Of a DNA stretch of 64,000 nt, positions 26,601 to 39,632 are shown one piece after another. The notes beneath the pieces were generated by a model that saw only the letters and a list, made by a program, of their open reading frames with translations, was not told the origin of the DNA and made no database searches. The DNA is from Hydrolagus colliei (Eukaryota), in NCBI GenBank assembly GCA_035084275.1, contig CM068756.1:1054001-1118000 (forward strand), written 5' to 3'. The translations under genes were made by a program, and so were the position numbers. Positions within the stretch are counted from its first letter, which is position 1. The number at the start of each line of letters is the position of its first letter.

Positions 26601-29559
26601 AAAATATATCTTTAGGAAAATTACAGGCTTTTAAAAGGAGATCTGAATAGGTACTTAGGCTTCAACTCTTGAATTTTCAATTTTCGGGAATGGCTTCAGT
26701 TTAAGGTGTTTTACGCCATTGTAACCCAATGGAGAATATTAAAGATTTGAAAGTCCGCTATTTAACTCCTCTGAGTGTTTTCCAGTGAAAATGTAGTCCA
26801 ACCAGTTGGTCCGATAAAATTTAAAAAGGTTGTCTTTAGTCTCTTAGACAGATAGATAGACATCCATGAATTGAATACTGTTCAGAAGGTTTATGTAGGT
26901 TTATTCTGATTTTTCTCTATTGTTCAAACGTTTGTGCTGAATCCCATCTATGAAATGTTTTTCACATATTTTACTCAGTGTCAGTATTACCTTGGTGATA
27001 TACAGCATTAGCTAGATGCAAGGTAAAGTCCCCTTTCTCTACCCACCATATCTTATCCTAGATGTTGGTGTACATACACCAATGCTCTACTTATATACTG
27101 CAGTAAAGTGATTAGGAGTGGAAAACAGGATTTATATTTCTTACTCCCAAACCACACAAGGCTGAGATTTCTACACTCTTGACACCAATACAGAACATTT
27201 ATTTCATATTATTAAAGAGACAGTTGCATGACGAGGTCTTTAATATACTGAGGACTGCCGGTTAAAACTTCTTTTCAGAAACTATTTTAGAGTGGGCAAC
27301 AAATTGATTCGCACTGCTCGCTTTTATACTAGTGATGCAAATCAATTTTCTGGCAAACTATTTCCACAAGAGAATTCAGAAGGTTGGGACCAACTCAATT
27401 GCTTCATGATCACATGTCTGAAACCAGATTTATACTGAATTCTTGTCATCAAATCAGCTCCATTTTATTTCAAAGCAAAGTACTGTACATAGTATAAACT
27501 GGGATTCATAGTGGTCTAGAAGTTCATGGTTTCGCTTCACTCAAGGAATACTCTACTGCACCAGAATATTACCATTTTGCACAAGTCACTGCTGTAATAT
27601 TGGACACATCAAAAGGTTGGGATTCAATAAACAAAAAAGAAAAGGAGATTGTGAAAGCACATGAGTATAATTTAGCAGCGATATCAATTAATCAGAATTT
27701 ATAGCAAATTTCCAACTATAAAAATGATCTTGGAGTTACACAGAAATCAAACTATAGAGAGGAACATCTGATTCTAGTCAGACCAGACGATAGTATCTTC
27801 CAGTGCACCAATACTGACATCACACTATCAACTCTAATCTTCTGTCACAGACAGTGAGATGTTATTAACTTCACTTCAGTTAAGGACAAAGAGCCACTAT
27901 GGACTCTAATCTTCCCTGTCTATGTGCCATCTAATGGCATCAACAAGAAGATAATAAAACTAACATTAAACCAACTACAAGGAAAAAAACTACGCCCCCG
28001 CCATTAAAGGTTCCACATCATTACTGAATTCCTTGCACAGCATTCTTTACTGGTGATCCAACTATTCTCTCAAAATGAAGGATACTATTTTTTGGTAACA
28101 GCATAAAAACTACAGGCCTACAATGAATTAAATGTTACCTTAAATGGCCAGCATTTTCTACTATCAACAATCAAATGTGTATTACCGCTGCCAACACGGT
28201 ATTAGCAATATGTTTTCAACTTAACTTTTATAGAATCCAGTTCCTGAAAACCTGAATGTGGATCATCTTCTGTGAAAATATGCTTAATGTCACAACCACA
28301 CAAATTCTCATCAACACCCGTGGTGAACATCATTAAGATGTTTCCAGGAAAATTAATTGAAAGACTCATTAAAAACAAATTAAGAAAAATGTGTTGCGGA
28401 ATGTATCTACTCAGTTCATAAATCAATCCAAAGCTCATTCCAGGCTCCAATAATTAACTGCAATATATTTACTTTGTGGTGACTGAATGAATCATGATAG
28501 TCATGTGATTATATTAGTAATGTTAGTTGTTCACAACACCAGTCTCTCATTAGTGTATTTTTAGGAATATTAAATGGATACCTTAAAAATTGATTGCTGT
28601 AGACAGATAGTGGGAAAGAAATTAATGGTTTCAAATAAAAACCTAACCTGTGTTACTAAAATTCAAAAGCTAAATTAGTTTAATACACCACCATTCAAGC
28701 AACAGTACTGGCTGAAACATCATCAAAAATGCTAAATATCTCATGCATTCAGTTGTGTCCTCTCATGTCTTCTATTCTCTTATTCTGGTGAGCTAAGTTT
28801 ATTTTCACATGATTTTTTTTAAAAAGGTCAAGCTTAACCCTATGCCAAGCAATCAACCATTTACAAAAATTAAATTCTAAATTGAAAACAAAGTAATGAC
28901 AAGGTAGAATCATAGTCTAGAATAATACTCGCATCTCCCAATTATGCTCCTGGAGAGCAAAGTTTTAGTCTATCTGTTCACTTTGATTACATTGAAGTGC
29001 ATCAACAAAACCTAGCATGGAACGGAACTACTGCTACATTCAAGGTGAATTATACCAGTATGTTATACAGTACCATATCAGTGGGTCTGAAACCAGCAAT
29101 ATTTATCCTTTCAAGTGTATGAAATAACGTCATAACTTGAAAGAATTCAGATAAAGATATTGATAGTAGAACTAAACAGGTGAATAAATACTGTACCTTG
29201 AACACATTACAAAAAAAAACTAACACAAGGCACTTCTGCACATGTTTATGTTGCAACTTTAGGACCAAAACCTGACCTGTACATTCAAAGGAGTAAAAAA
29301 CAACTGGTATGGTGGTATGAAAACATACAGTAAACTCCAGATAACGTCATGGCCTCCAGCCTTATCCTGTCACAGGCCTCCAATAGACCACTGACCACTG
29401 CTCCACGGGCCCGAACCAACCACAGGATAGAGAGGGAAGCTTTGGTGGCTCAAAATGGCGTCTTATAGGATGAGTTGTATACATTTTTTGTATTTGATAT
29501 AGTGCATTATTCAACCCCAAGCTTGCTTCAATTCAAAGACAAAAATGTCCCTTCCTTAC

Positions 29560-30430
29560 AGTCCATATTGGAATCATTGGAATAAGAACCATTGAGTGAA
29601 AGTCTTCTCTAGACTTGATGCTGCTCATTTTAATCCGATGTCTCTTAGAGCTGCATTTGCTGTCAAACTGAAACAGCCTGCTTAAATCTATATCATCTAT
29701 GCCTATCATCACTTTAAAGACCTGGAACATATCCCCCTCAATCTTCTCTTCCTCAGTGAAAGCGACTTTTGGATCATCCCTATTCCTCTTCTCTGAACTG
29801 TCTTTAATACAGTAATAGCCCCTAGATGGTGGGATGTTTAAACAGCACACAATATTCTAAACGTAGACTCACAGTGATCTATGCCAGGTTAGAATAAGTT
29901 CTTCTGAGTTGTAGTAAACTGCTTTTGAGATCCATTCAAGTATTTGATTAGCTTTGCTGATAACAGCTTCATATTGACTGGAAACCTTCAGTGAATGATC
30001 AATAATCGCACAAATCCTTGCTGCCCCAGCTAATGAACACGTCTTCAGCATGTACACATGTTTATGAGTTACCTTTCCAATGTGCATTACTTACGTTTAT
30101 CTATGTTAATAGCTACATTAACATTTTCTCTCATAATCCACTGCTGAAGTCACCCTGATAATAACATATAGGCACTATGCTGTTTGGATGCACATCAATA
30201 AGATCCTGAATAAGGCAACTCAAGTATTCCCCCCCTACAGATGTTGTTAGATTAACTGGTATACAGTTTCCAAGATCATGTCTCAATCCCTTTTTGAATA
30301 ATAGGAGAACATTTCTGAACATTTCTGAAATGAAATGCTTCATTTCTTACATACAGCTTCAACATTTTGGGAGCTAAAATTTACCGAGGCAACAACTTGC
30401 CTAAACCTGGTGGCCTTGTTAGATTTAATT
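29560..30430 (-). mobile_element. CR1 LINE ORF2 fragment with internal deletion
   Basis: NVLLLFKKGLRHDLGNCIPVNLTTSVG ~ NV.PLFKKG.R..PGNYRPVSLTSV; IIDHSLKVSSQYEAVISKANQIL; EGDMFQVFKVMIGIDDI ~ RGDLIEVFKI..G.D. The central RT motifs are missing. Confidence 0.88.
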
Positions 30431-30551
30431 AATTTGTCTTTTTTCATATCGCAGAGATACATTACTTATTCCCACTAATGTAAATCATTCCTGAGTTGGA
30501 ACAAATGAGTCAGGAATTTTACTACAATTTTTCTATGCAAAGAAGGAAGTT

Positions 30552-30885
30552 GGAGCTCCTGTGGCTCAGTGGTTAGAGCACTTGTCTTGCAAGCTGGGGA
30601 GACCAAGCAGCGGAGACCTGTGTTCGAATCCAGGCAGGTCAGGGCCAAACCTTGGGCAAGTTTCCTTACTCCATTGGCCTAATAATCCCTCAAAAAAAAA
30701 CCACTAATAAAATTGGTCATTTCAATCCATGACTGTTTGTGGGGACGCTGCTGTGCGCAATTGGCTGCCGCGATTCGTCCACAAATATATACAGTCGATT
30801 CACTTTACAGTATATTCTGTGAAGCGCTTTGAGACGTCGATAAGATGTGAAAAGTGCTAGATCAAATGCAAGGATTATTATTATT
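30552..30885 (+). mobile_element. Full-length tRNA(Ala-like)/Deu-domain SINE with L2-type tail
   Basis: A box tggctcagtggttagagc, B box gttcgaatcc, Deu core gctgtgcgcaattggctgccgcg, (TTA)n tail; small internal duplication of ggagacc. Confidence 0.92.
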
Positions 30886-32026
30886 AAAAATCTACTTAAC
30901 ATATCAGCCATGTCATGTCTTCCTAACCTAATCCATAATGGACCCATTTAGTTTGCAGCTCTCAATTTACTGCTGTATATTTTAAAAAATGGTGGCCACT
31001 TATTGCTACAAAAGATCTGCTTTTGTGTTACTCCTTTTCTTTTGTACCCTTGTTTTTTTAAAAAAATATATATACATATAAGACCACCACAATACACTAC
31101 GTTTGGGTTCCTGGTACCCTTTGAAATACATTTATTTTTGCATTCCACACTGTAGATAATATTTATGGACTTTACACCTGAATTCCGCAGCAGTCCCCAA
31201 ACTGTGTCAGAATAAAGCACAAGTGGAGGAAGCATTTCGAAAAGTGTAATTATTATTACTACAATAAAGAACGAGAAATACTAATCAAAGAAGCAGTTGT
31301 ATTTCAAAGCATATTTTAAAAGTTGAGATAGACAGTATAACCAAAACAAAGACTAAGCCACAGCTTCGACTCCAATGATGCCCTGTAAAGTAAATGTTCG
31401 GATGTGCATTTCCCAATGTTAGATACAATTTATGAGACAAATCTCATCTGTGAAAGCACCCGAGGCGGAAGGGATCAACTTCCCTACAATCAGCAAACCG
31501 CGAACGTGATATATTTACTGATAAATTTTGTTCTATAATCACAAATCTAAAGTGTGCATTGAGACTCATGCACAAAATGTCACATTTACCGGTAAATGTA
31601 AAAGCTACAAATATCTGTTTTTCTTCCCCTGTCGTCCATCGTCATAATTGCAGTATCACAAAGCATCCAGTTGGTGGCTCTCTTTGACTATGTGTCCCAG
31701 ATTTACTTCATTCTATTATACTGCATAATTCCAAAATGGCAGCTGTAGAAATTTACAGTGCTTACCAGACATTAAAACTGACTCACAGTGCAATGACTGT
31801 CTGGCACGGAGATCAGACCAGACAGCTAGACAAGACGAGTGCAAAGCATTAACAGTTATCAGAATACATGAAAAACCTTTGTTCCATTGGATACTCAATT
31901 ATTTCCAGTTCTACTGCAATAAAAAGGAAAGGCTAAATCCACCCACAATGATTATAAATGATAATGTACGATTTTGCATTTGCTACGTGCAATCTGCTAT
32001 TCCAATTGCCATTTTATTATTCATAC

Positions 32027-32110
32027 CTCGTTCTCTGCAAACGTACATTTGGTTTTCAGGGTTTCTATTTCAGCTTGCACCCCTTTGAGCTGCGACTTGG
32101 TCTCTTCTGC
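32027..32110 (-). CDS. Coiled-coil gene exon (84 nt, phase 0-0): AEETKSQLKGVQAEIETLKTKCTFAENE
   Basis: Acceptor ttttcatcttttcag|GCA, donor GAG|gtatga; 28 open codons. Confidence 0.85.
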
Positions 32111-34899
32111 CTGAAAAGATGAAAATTGAGTTTAAATTTAGAAGGATGAGCTGTGCAGTAGGAGAAGCGAGGCTGCAAAACAAGAACTTTCAGCCATTGC
32201 ACTCCTCACATGCTTGGGTTATTTTCTTAATTAAGGCCATTAATCAGATGACATGAAATTTCAGTTATGAAACTGACACTGCACCTTGACAGCTGACACA
32301 TGTCAAAATGAAACCTATGACCCATTCAGTTAAATTTCAAATGTTCACACTGCATTCCTTCCCAGGTTTCCACAACTGTGTACATTCACGCAGCACTCAA
32401 AACTGGAAACTGGAAACACCCTTCCTCAATTGAATTCAGTGTTACATGGCATTTGTCGTCTGTAGTGTCAAAATAATATTCAGATAAAATAATCTTGGTG
32501 TCATAGGTTCATGCACCTAAATTCAACCCCTGCATTATTACAGTGTTAAATCATAATGATTTTGCATAAATAATGTAAATGATTGCAAACCCAACCTTAC
32601 TTTTTGCAGATATGAATAAACCAATTATATTATTCAACAATGTATATAAAATTACTATAACAAGGACAAAAAAAATATTGCTTTTGCATCACTAAATATT
32701 CTACCACCAAGTAAAATCATATAGTCATATGCGGGGGTTCAAAAACAGCATGATTGTAACTGTAATAAAGGGGTTCAGAAACAGTAATATATTAATAAAA
32801 TAAAGCTTGAGCAATTAATACTATACGAACCCCAGGATTACAGACTTGAATGGTCCCTCGAATAGCAATTATTTTATTCAGCCTATATCTTGCCCTTTTT
32901 AAAGTTAGAAATTGTAGCTACTGTTTTGTGATACAATTATGCTGGAGCAATCCAAGTCTCATTAGTATGTATTGTGACATTTGAAAGAGGGAGTATTCAC
33001 CTTATTTATGATATTGTTACTGCAGCAATGAAAGATATTTTGCAGTAGATTACAGAAAACAAAATCTTTGTACAATATATGAAATAAGAGACTCATTTTA
33101 ACCAGAAACATTAGGATGGATTTTCACATTTCTAAATTTCTGTTACATAGTAGAGCATTTGATTAAGTATCCACTCTATCCACTCTAATCTGATTCATTT
33201 TCTTAGGTGTCTATAGCAGCATATTAGAATGCATTAAAAGGTTTGATAGTTTAATTAAAAATATGCAAATTTGGTTCTCAATGGTTCGAAATATTGGTAA
33301 TAACAAAAAGACACACTTCATACAGCGAATGTTTCATCACTACTATTAATAACGTTTTCTAAGCTAAAACAGAATCTGATTATTTTATATCTTGTGAACA
33401 ATTAATTTTTCAGTCATGTAAGTAGTTATCCTTTGTAGACTGGATTGTATCAGATTCTTACATTAGAATATTCTAAATCAGAAGAAAATAGCAAATTTGT
33501 TTATAATTTGTTTATAATTTAGGTATGGTATGATTTGCCACACTTGTACATACAAAACACAATACAAAAGCTCCTTGTAGTTGTTTCTGTTGGCTTCATT
33601 TTTAATTTAAACTGAGAAGAGATCTGAAGCATTAATAAATAAACTGTGCAATATTTGTGTGGCATAAAAGCCAGCATTAATCTGGACATGAGAGGGTAGT
33701 TATCTGAGCATCTACCACATCATTGCTGCAATTATAGAGATTCTTGGAAAACACAGCAAGGTTTTGAAATTTATTAGCCTGAAATGGTCAAAATCCAGAA
33801 CACAACACAAATTCTACAATACTGCATAAAATAGGTCAATGCAGAAAGCATATTGTTTAAAAGATAATACACGTCAACTCAAATAATTTATATGTTTGCA
33901 ATGCTGACTATTGTAAAGATGAAATAGGAGTGTTGTACAGAAAACAAATTTATTTTGAAATAAACTGTTAAAACTGCATTCTGAAAAACGCAATCAGAAG
34001 GCTATCAAAGGCAAATTAACCTAGAAATATTTCTCCCATCAAGATGCCACTGGACACATCTTTTCAAAAAAAATCTGCTGAATGCCAGAGATATCCCATT
34101 TTTTTTCTTCAAAAACTCAAATATTCAGATGAGTATAATTTGCCTCTTAATTTAGATTCTTCAAATGCAGTGCTTCCTACGCTGTAGCACAATTTTCCTC
34201 AGCATTTAAAACCCCCCAGAAACAATGGGCCTGTTTCCATTGGCAGACAAGCTTTATTTAAACAGATGCCACACACTGACCTTTCAGTGTATTTACTGAG
34301 CTTTTCCCTGTAGTCTACTCTTGCTCATGCGTGCTGATGCTGCAGATATGATGGTAAGCACACTTACCGAATAAAGTCGTGCAAAACTTTATTTTACAGA
34401 GTATGCATCTGACTGTATAGAGACTGGTAAAATAATGAGCTGTTAACTAACAATATACTGTACCTGGAGCCGTGTATATGAAATCTCTTACAACTGTGCC
34501 ATAACACTTTCAATTATTATGGCTTTCTTAAAAACCTTGTTTCAAAACCACGCCAAATGTAAAGAAAAGCACATCTAACGAGTCATAAAGTGCAAATTCT
34601 GATTTTAAAAAAATTGTTTCATGTTGTGATCATTATGTTCTGTGTGTCCATATTTTTCCATTAGGGCTCCGAGCCCTCCTAGGTTTTTGCACCTCCTCAT
34701 CAATAAGTAGATTTCTGTGGACAATGTTTTTTCTGGTACATTTGTTGCCAAAGGCTCCAGTAGACTGCTCTGATGTTCGTAGTGTTTTCTTTGATCAAAG
34801 ATCCATTAATATGTACTAAGACTGCTTGCTTCAAACATATGCAGCCTGACATTCCTCAGGCATAAAGCAGGTATTTAAAACTTTTGAAGGATTCGCTAA

Positions 34900-35330
34900 C
34901 AAACCCACTGGAGCACATGCCATCCGTTTGTGGCAAGCAAAAGAGGTGCACATTTGTGAGAGGCAACAGAGTGAAATATTGGCCAATCTGAATGCACTTC
35001 TAATAATGATCTTTTCATGTTTGTGCAGCGGTTAATAGGCCACTTGACCCGATATGTTTGGAGAAGTCTAAGGATCAAAGATGGAAGACAGAATTGAGGT
35101 GGAAATTTTCGATCAACAACTGTGAAAAGCTGGCTTCAGCAACAAGGCTCTACAAGTGCTGGTTAAAGGGAACACATGATCAGTGGGGTAAGAAAAACCA
35201 CCCAACGTGCAAAGAAGCTGCTGGGGTGGCAATGCGTCACTACAGTGTCGATACATCCTTGACGGAGCCAACGCTCTCTCACTTAGGTGAAGGTACTCCT
35301 CATAAGGTGCGTAGAAGCCGTCGCACAAAC
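34900..35330 (+). mobile_element. Probable RTE-clade LINE 3' fragment
   Basis: QRLIGHLTRY ~ LRW.GHV.RM; KDQRWKTELRWKFSINNCEKLAS ~ Q..R.KD.LK...I..WE.LA (ORF 35058..35381). Confidence 0.45.
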
Positions 35331-35392
35331 ACTACACTGATTCAGAGAAATCGTTATTGTAAGCAAGGTACTGGAAAGTGAAACTAGCAAGG

Positions 35393-35492
35393 TAATTATG
35401 TGCCTGATCACATCTTCTAGACGTCTTAAAGCGCTTCACAGAATATACAGTAAAGTGAATTGACTGTAGGTATTTGGGGGACGAAACACGGC
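35393..35492 (-). mobile_element. SINE 3' part
   Basis: tcacatcttctagacgtcttaaagcgcttcacagaatatacagtaaagtgaattgactgta. Confidence 0.85.
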
Positions 35493-35858
35493 ATTTATTA
35501 TTTAGTACGCCATGATGGAAGAGTAAGCTCACCACAAGAAAAAAAAGTCCACGGATCAGTGTCCACTGTACCACTGTCATTGAGCAAACAGTGATTTTTA
35601 TTGGTAAATGGCTGATTGGTACTTGCACAAGACTTCAGTTACAGGCCTTAGGCGCATTACAAATACAGGGTAACCACTGTACAGCGTGGTCACCTGGGAT
35701 GACCAATACCTCGATGATCAATATCTCAGAGGATGCATTATAACAAAGTGCTTAAAAATGGCTGACCATCGGATTGTCTCTAATGCTACTTTCTGTGCAC
35801 TCATCTGTGCCAGAAGTGTTGCTACAATCTGCCCTTTCTCCATAGAGTGTGCATTCTT

Positions 35859-35888
35859 ATATATATATATATATACTGTATATATATA
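35859..35888. repeat. (TA)n microsatellite
   Basis: Interrupted TA run. Confidence 0.85.
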
Positions 35889-36034
35889 TTAAAAACACAG
35901 GAAACAGCCAAATCAGCGCCAGAAGCACACTTTTGGTAAATTGTGGGGTCCACAGTACACTCTAAGCAAACCACCACTCAACTGGACACTGAGGACAACC
36001 TTTTTTTTGTATCGGCAACAGTTTTATACTGTTT

Positions 36035-36368
36035 TATAGTAAAACCTCGATAATCCGACAATTCTAAAAGCAGGCAACTCCCTAAACCCACAAGATTTCA
36101 AAATACACACAGTATTAGATTTTTTTCTGATGTACGACAAATCTCCCGAGGTTCGGAACAGCTGCTTGCAGTTCCCAGTGTGGCCACTCTGTCATCCGGC
36201 ACTGTGGGTGGAGCTCGGGCATTGTTTGGCTTCAGTGCCGTGATTACAGCACACGTGATGTATGGGGCAGGGCTTCCCCGGCCATTGCCAGGTAGGTTTC
36301 TAAATACCCGCCAACATCCGGGAGGGTGAGTGGGCCCAACCGCGCCAGACTGTCGAGGTTTTACTGTA
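36035..36368. mobile_element. Tigger/pogo-like (Tc1/mariner superfamily) MITE with TA target-site duplication
   Basis: Left TA|tagtaaaacctcgataatccg and right cagactgtcgaggttttactg|TA form ~20-bp imperfect TIRs around a GC-rich non-coding interior. Confidence 0.8.
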
Positions 36369-37936
36369 TTAGATGCTTTTGTACAAATAGCATCAGCCAA
36401 GCCTATACCAAGCAATAACCCGCAACAATAAAGCACCAGAACCCCCACCGCCCTCCCCCCAACCACCCCCAACACCAACCCAGATCTGATGAGCTTTGTA
36501 TTAACAAATCTCTTGTCTCCTTTAATACAACTTCAAGAATGCTTGGCAATATTAGGAGCCGGTTTTCTGTATCCTCAGCAGTTTTCCAGACACTACAATC
36601 AACTACAATCTGCTAATCAACTGTATATTATTGCAGCACTTGATAAGATGGCAAGCGATTAAATCACAATCATTAATACTTTAGAGTATGTCATCATACA
36701 TAAAATCTTTCAACAGTCTATGCAATCTATGTCCAACATTATAAACAACACAAGAGTAAAAAAACATGGACACCAGGGAGACATTCCCTGGCAGTAATCT
36801 CACCCCAGACTCCAGAAGACAGTTATAAAGCACTTCAACTTCATGATTGTGGTCTATGACATTATCCAAACCTTTCAATGAGATTACTGTGTGGGAACCT
36901 CTCCTGGTATCCAGTATTCTCTAAGTATTTTCAGTTCTATCAATTCTAATTCAGTTTTGTTGTTCGAAGTGTTTATAGAGATGGGTTCTATTCCCCTCAA
37001 TAGATCTGTTGGCATTTTACATTTTATAGTATTAGTTTTACCACTTGTATGCCAAGATGTTAGGAATGGACGATGATATTTTAGTCACTTTAAATAATAA
37101 AAATCACATGCCATACCTTGAATTAATATCAGGCTAGATGAAACATTTTACCGTTGCAATTTGTCTCAGTTCCAATTACTGTATATTCAAACACGGCTCA
37201 AATTCTCTTAGATTTTTACGGTTATCACAAGGCCAGTGTATTCAGTGCTATTTATGATTGGTAAGATCAATGATTTCCTTTATAAACTTTTATAATATAG
37301 AGTATATTAGAGGTAGTCCCATATTTCAGAGTTCTGGGATTTCTACCTTCCCTGTTTGAAATTTGATCCCTGTGATAAATCAAATCTAGCTAAATGTTCA
37401 ATATGAAAAGATGGTTACAAAAATAATCTTCGCTTCTACAGTTACTTTTAATGTTATAAGAAATTTTACGCCAAGAAAGTACTATAGCAATCACTGTATG
37501 CATATATTTTGTGAATGGTTTGAGAGATAGCAGAACAAATTGGCAAAATGCAGTACACAGGAAGTGATCTGCAACTTGATCTTTTTGGAGGGGATTGAGT
37601 GGTCAGGTGCAGTGAAATCAGCTTTTGTAACTCCTGATAATACTTGTTTTCATTGATTCCAATCACTGTTATAATGGGACTCCACTGGGTATAAAACACT
37701 AAATTAAAACATAAGCTACATACAGAAATACAGTTAAGATCAGTCACTGCCAGATATAGCATTTCATAAAAGGTTCGTGTGAGTAGTTTAATTTTTTTTT
37801 TTTTTTTAATAAAAGAATACTTGGGTCACCTTTGAATTTCATTCTAATAGGGATAAACAAAAGCAGGTGCTGTGTCTTCAAGCAATTGCTATACATCTAG
37901 AGTAGCAGTGTCTTATCAGCTTAATATGCCTCTCAC

Positions 37937-38149
37937 CCATTGGCTGGTGTTCTGCAGTTGTGCCTTTAGTTTTTCTGTGGTATCATCTTTTCGACGGAGT
38001 TCAGCCTGTGTTTCTGCAAGGTTCTGCTCAAGCTCTTCTGTTGTAGATACTAGTTCTTTGTGCTTCTCTGCTGCTTCAGCAGTAAATGCTGCATTCACGT
38101 TTGTGGCAGACAATTCAAGGCTCTGAATGGTGCCTGTGAGTTCTTCAAT
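37937..38149 (-). CDS. Coiled-coil gene exon (213 nt, phase 0-0): IEELTGTIQSLELSATNVNAAFTAEAAEKHKELVSTTEELEQNLAETQAELRRKDDTTEKLKAQLQNTSQW
   Basis: Acceptor tttttctcttaacag|ATT, donor TGG|gtgaga; overlaps ORF 37916..38113(-). Confidence 0.9.
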
Positions 38150-38459
38150 CTGTTAAGAGAAAAAAATGACCCGATAAATACATACTGCAAAATTCAGTCT
38201 AATGAAAAAAAGCTCACATTTCGTTTAAGTTTGACAAATGTGTTCAATTGTTTATATCAAAATGCTAATTTTTCATTCAGGCAAGAAACGGGACACAAAC
38301 TCCCCTATAGCTTCTCTTGCCAATATTTGTGATTTAACCAAAGGAGGCAATAGACGGAAGGATAAAATACTAGAGATTAACCACAGATAAACCCTGTGGT
38401 TAATCATCATTAAGTGTTCAGTTAGGTTCTGTTGCAAGCACTCATGTTTTCAATCAGAA

Positions 38460-38515
38460 TACAATTTACAATTATACAGCACCTTTCATAGCGGGAGGAC
38501 ACCTCAAAGTGCTTA
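38460..38515 (-). mobile_element. L2-type LINE 3' tail remnant
   Basis: acaatttacaattatacagcacctttcatagcgggaggacacctcaaagtgctt. Confidence 0.7.
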
Positions 38516-38591
38516 GCAATGCTGGGTGGGCACCCAAGCTGAAGTTGGAAGTGGAGAGCAGTGGAAAGATGAACCAATGTGTGATCAAAGA

Positions 38592-38790
38592 AATGCATTC
38601 CACAAGCTGCAGAGCATTCAGAATTCTGCAGCTCATGTCTTCTCCTGTACCAGGGTCCATGACCTCATGCCAATCATCCTCAGTGACTCCCTGTCCCTCA
38701 GAGGATCAAGTTCAACATTCTCGTCCTCGCCTTCAAAGCCCTCTACAGCTTTGCCACTAACCCCTTATTAACCCATCCGCACTCTTTTGT
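38592..38790 (+). mobile_element. L2 LINE ORF2 fragment
   Basis: HKLQSIQNSAAHVFSCTRVHDLMPIIL ~ KLQ.IQNSAAR.L..T...DHITP.L (ORF 38526..38771). Confidence 0.8.
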
Positions 38791-38947
38791 ACTGTATTGA
38801 AGCCCCACCTCAACACTTGGAACTCACAGTCGAAGCTAACAATCTATATATAACAAGCTCCAATGCTGGGGGAGTGTTGCATACCCTATTAAGGTCCCAT
38901 ATTAGAATGGAGTTTATTCTTGTGTCCTGCCTAGGAATGCCCCAGCT

Positions 38948-39004
38948 AAAATTGGTCATTCACTTCAAGACTGTGGTGTATTACTGCGCGCAAATTGGCT
39001 GCCA
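38948..39004 (+). mobile_element. Deu-domain SINE core fragment
   Basis: aaattggtcatt...ctgcgcgcaaattggctgcc. Confidence 0.65.
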
Positions 39005-39548
39005 CCATAACCTAGAAAATATCTTGTCATTTTTTCTTGTTAACCTTAATCTTCACAAGTCTAGGTATATAACCCAAATTTACCCAAACTCTTATTTTAA
39101 CTAAGCCCTTTGTTCCAAGTATTAATCTGACGAATCCTTGCCAGACACCCTACATTATTCTCTTACTTGAATAGATTGAAAGCAAGTTGGAAGTGACTCA
39201 CTTTTATCACACATACGGGGCATCACGTTTAATCTGTAATACAGTAGTAATATTGTACTGAAGTTGAAATTGCATAGAGTCTGCACTCTGCAGACAACTT
39301 CTAAAATTGTACCTTCTTTTACTTCTCTTTCAACTTTGTTTTTGAGCACTTACCAAGACAAGTTTTACAACACGAAAAACAAGCTAAACCTGCTCTGCTT
39401 TAAATAAATATGAAATAGAAAGGAAAGGCAGGCACTAGCAACCACAATGTGTGGCTAAGGGAAGTGGACTAAGAGGAATAGAGAGCATTTTAAAAGATGA
39501 ATAAAAGAAAAAAGAAGAACTGCACACATTTTCTAATTCATATCTTGC

Positions 39549-39632
39549 CTCTGTATTTTGTTCCAATTTATAGACTTTCAGGGTCTGGTTCTCAGCTTTA
39601 ACTTGGGATAGAAATCCATTACTCTCTGCAAG
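39549..39632 (-). CDS. Coiled-coil gene exon (84 nt, phase 0-0, GC donor): LAESNGFLSQVKAENQTLKVYKLEQNTE
   Basis: Acceptor caatttaatcttag|CTT, non-canonical donor GAG|gcaaga. Same length as the exon at 32027-32110 and 9/28 identical to it without gaps. Confidence 0.7.

Noticed and set aside
30552-30635. tRNA gene (also at 44200-44273, 44826-44880, 51237-51295)
   Set aside because: The A/B boxes continue into SINE body and tail and there is no proper acceptor stem, so these are SINE heads.
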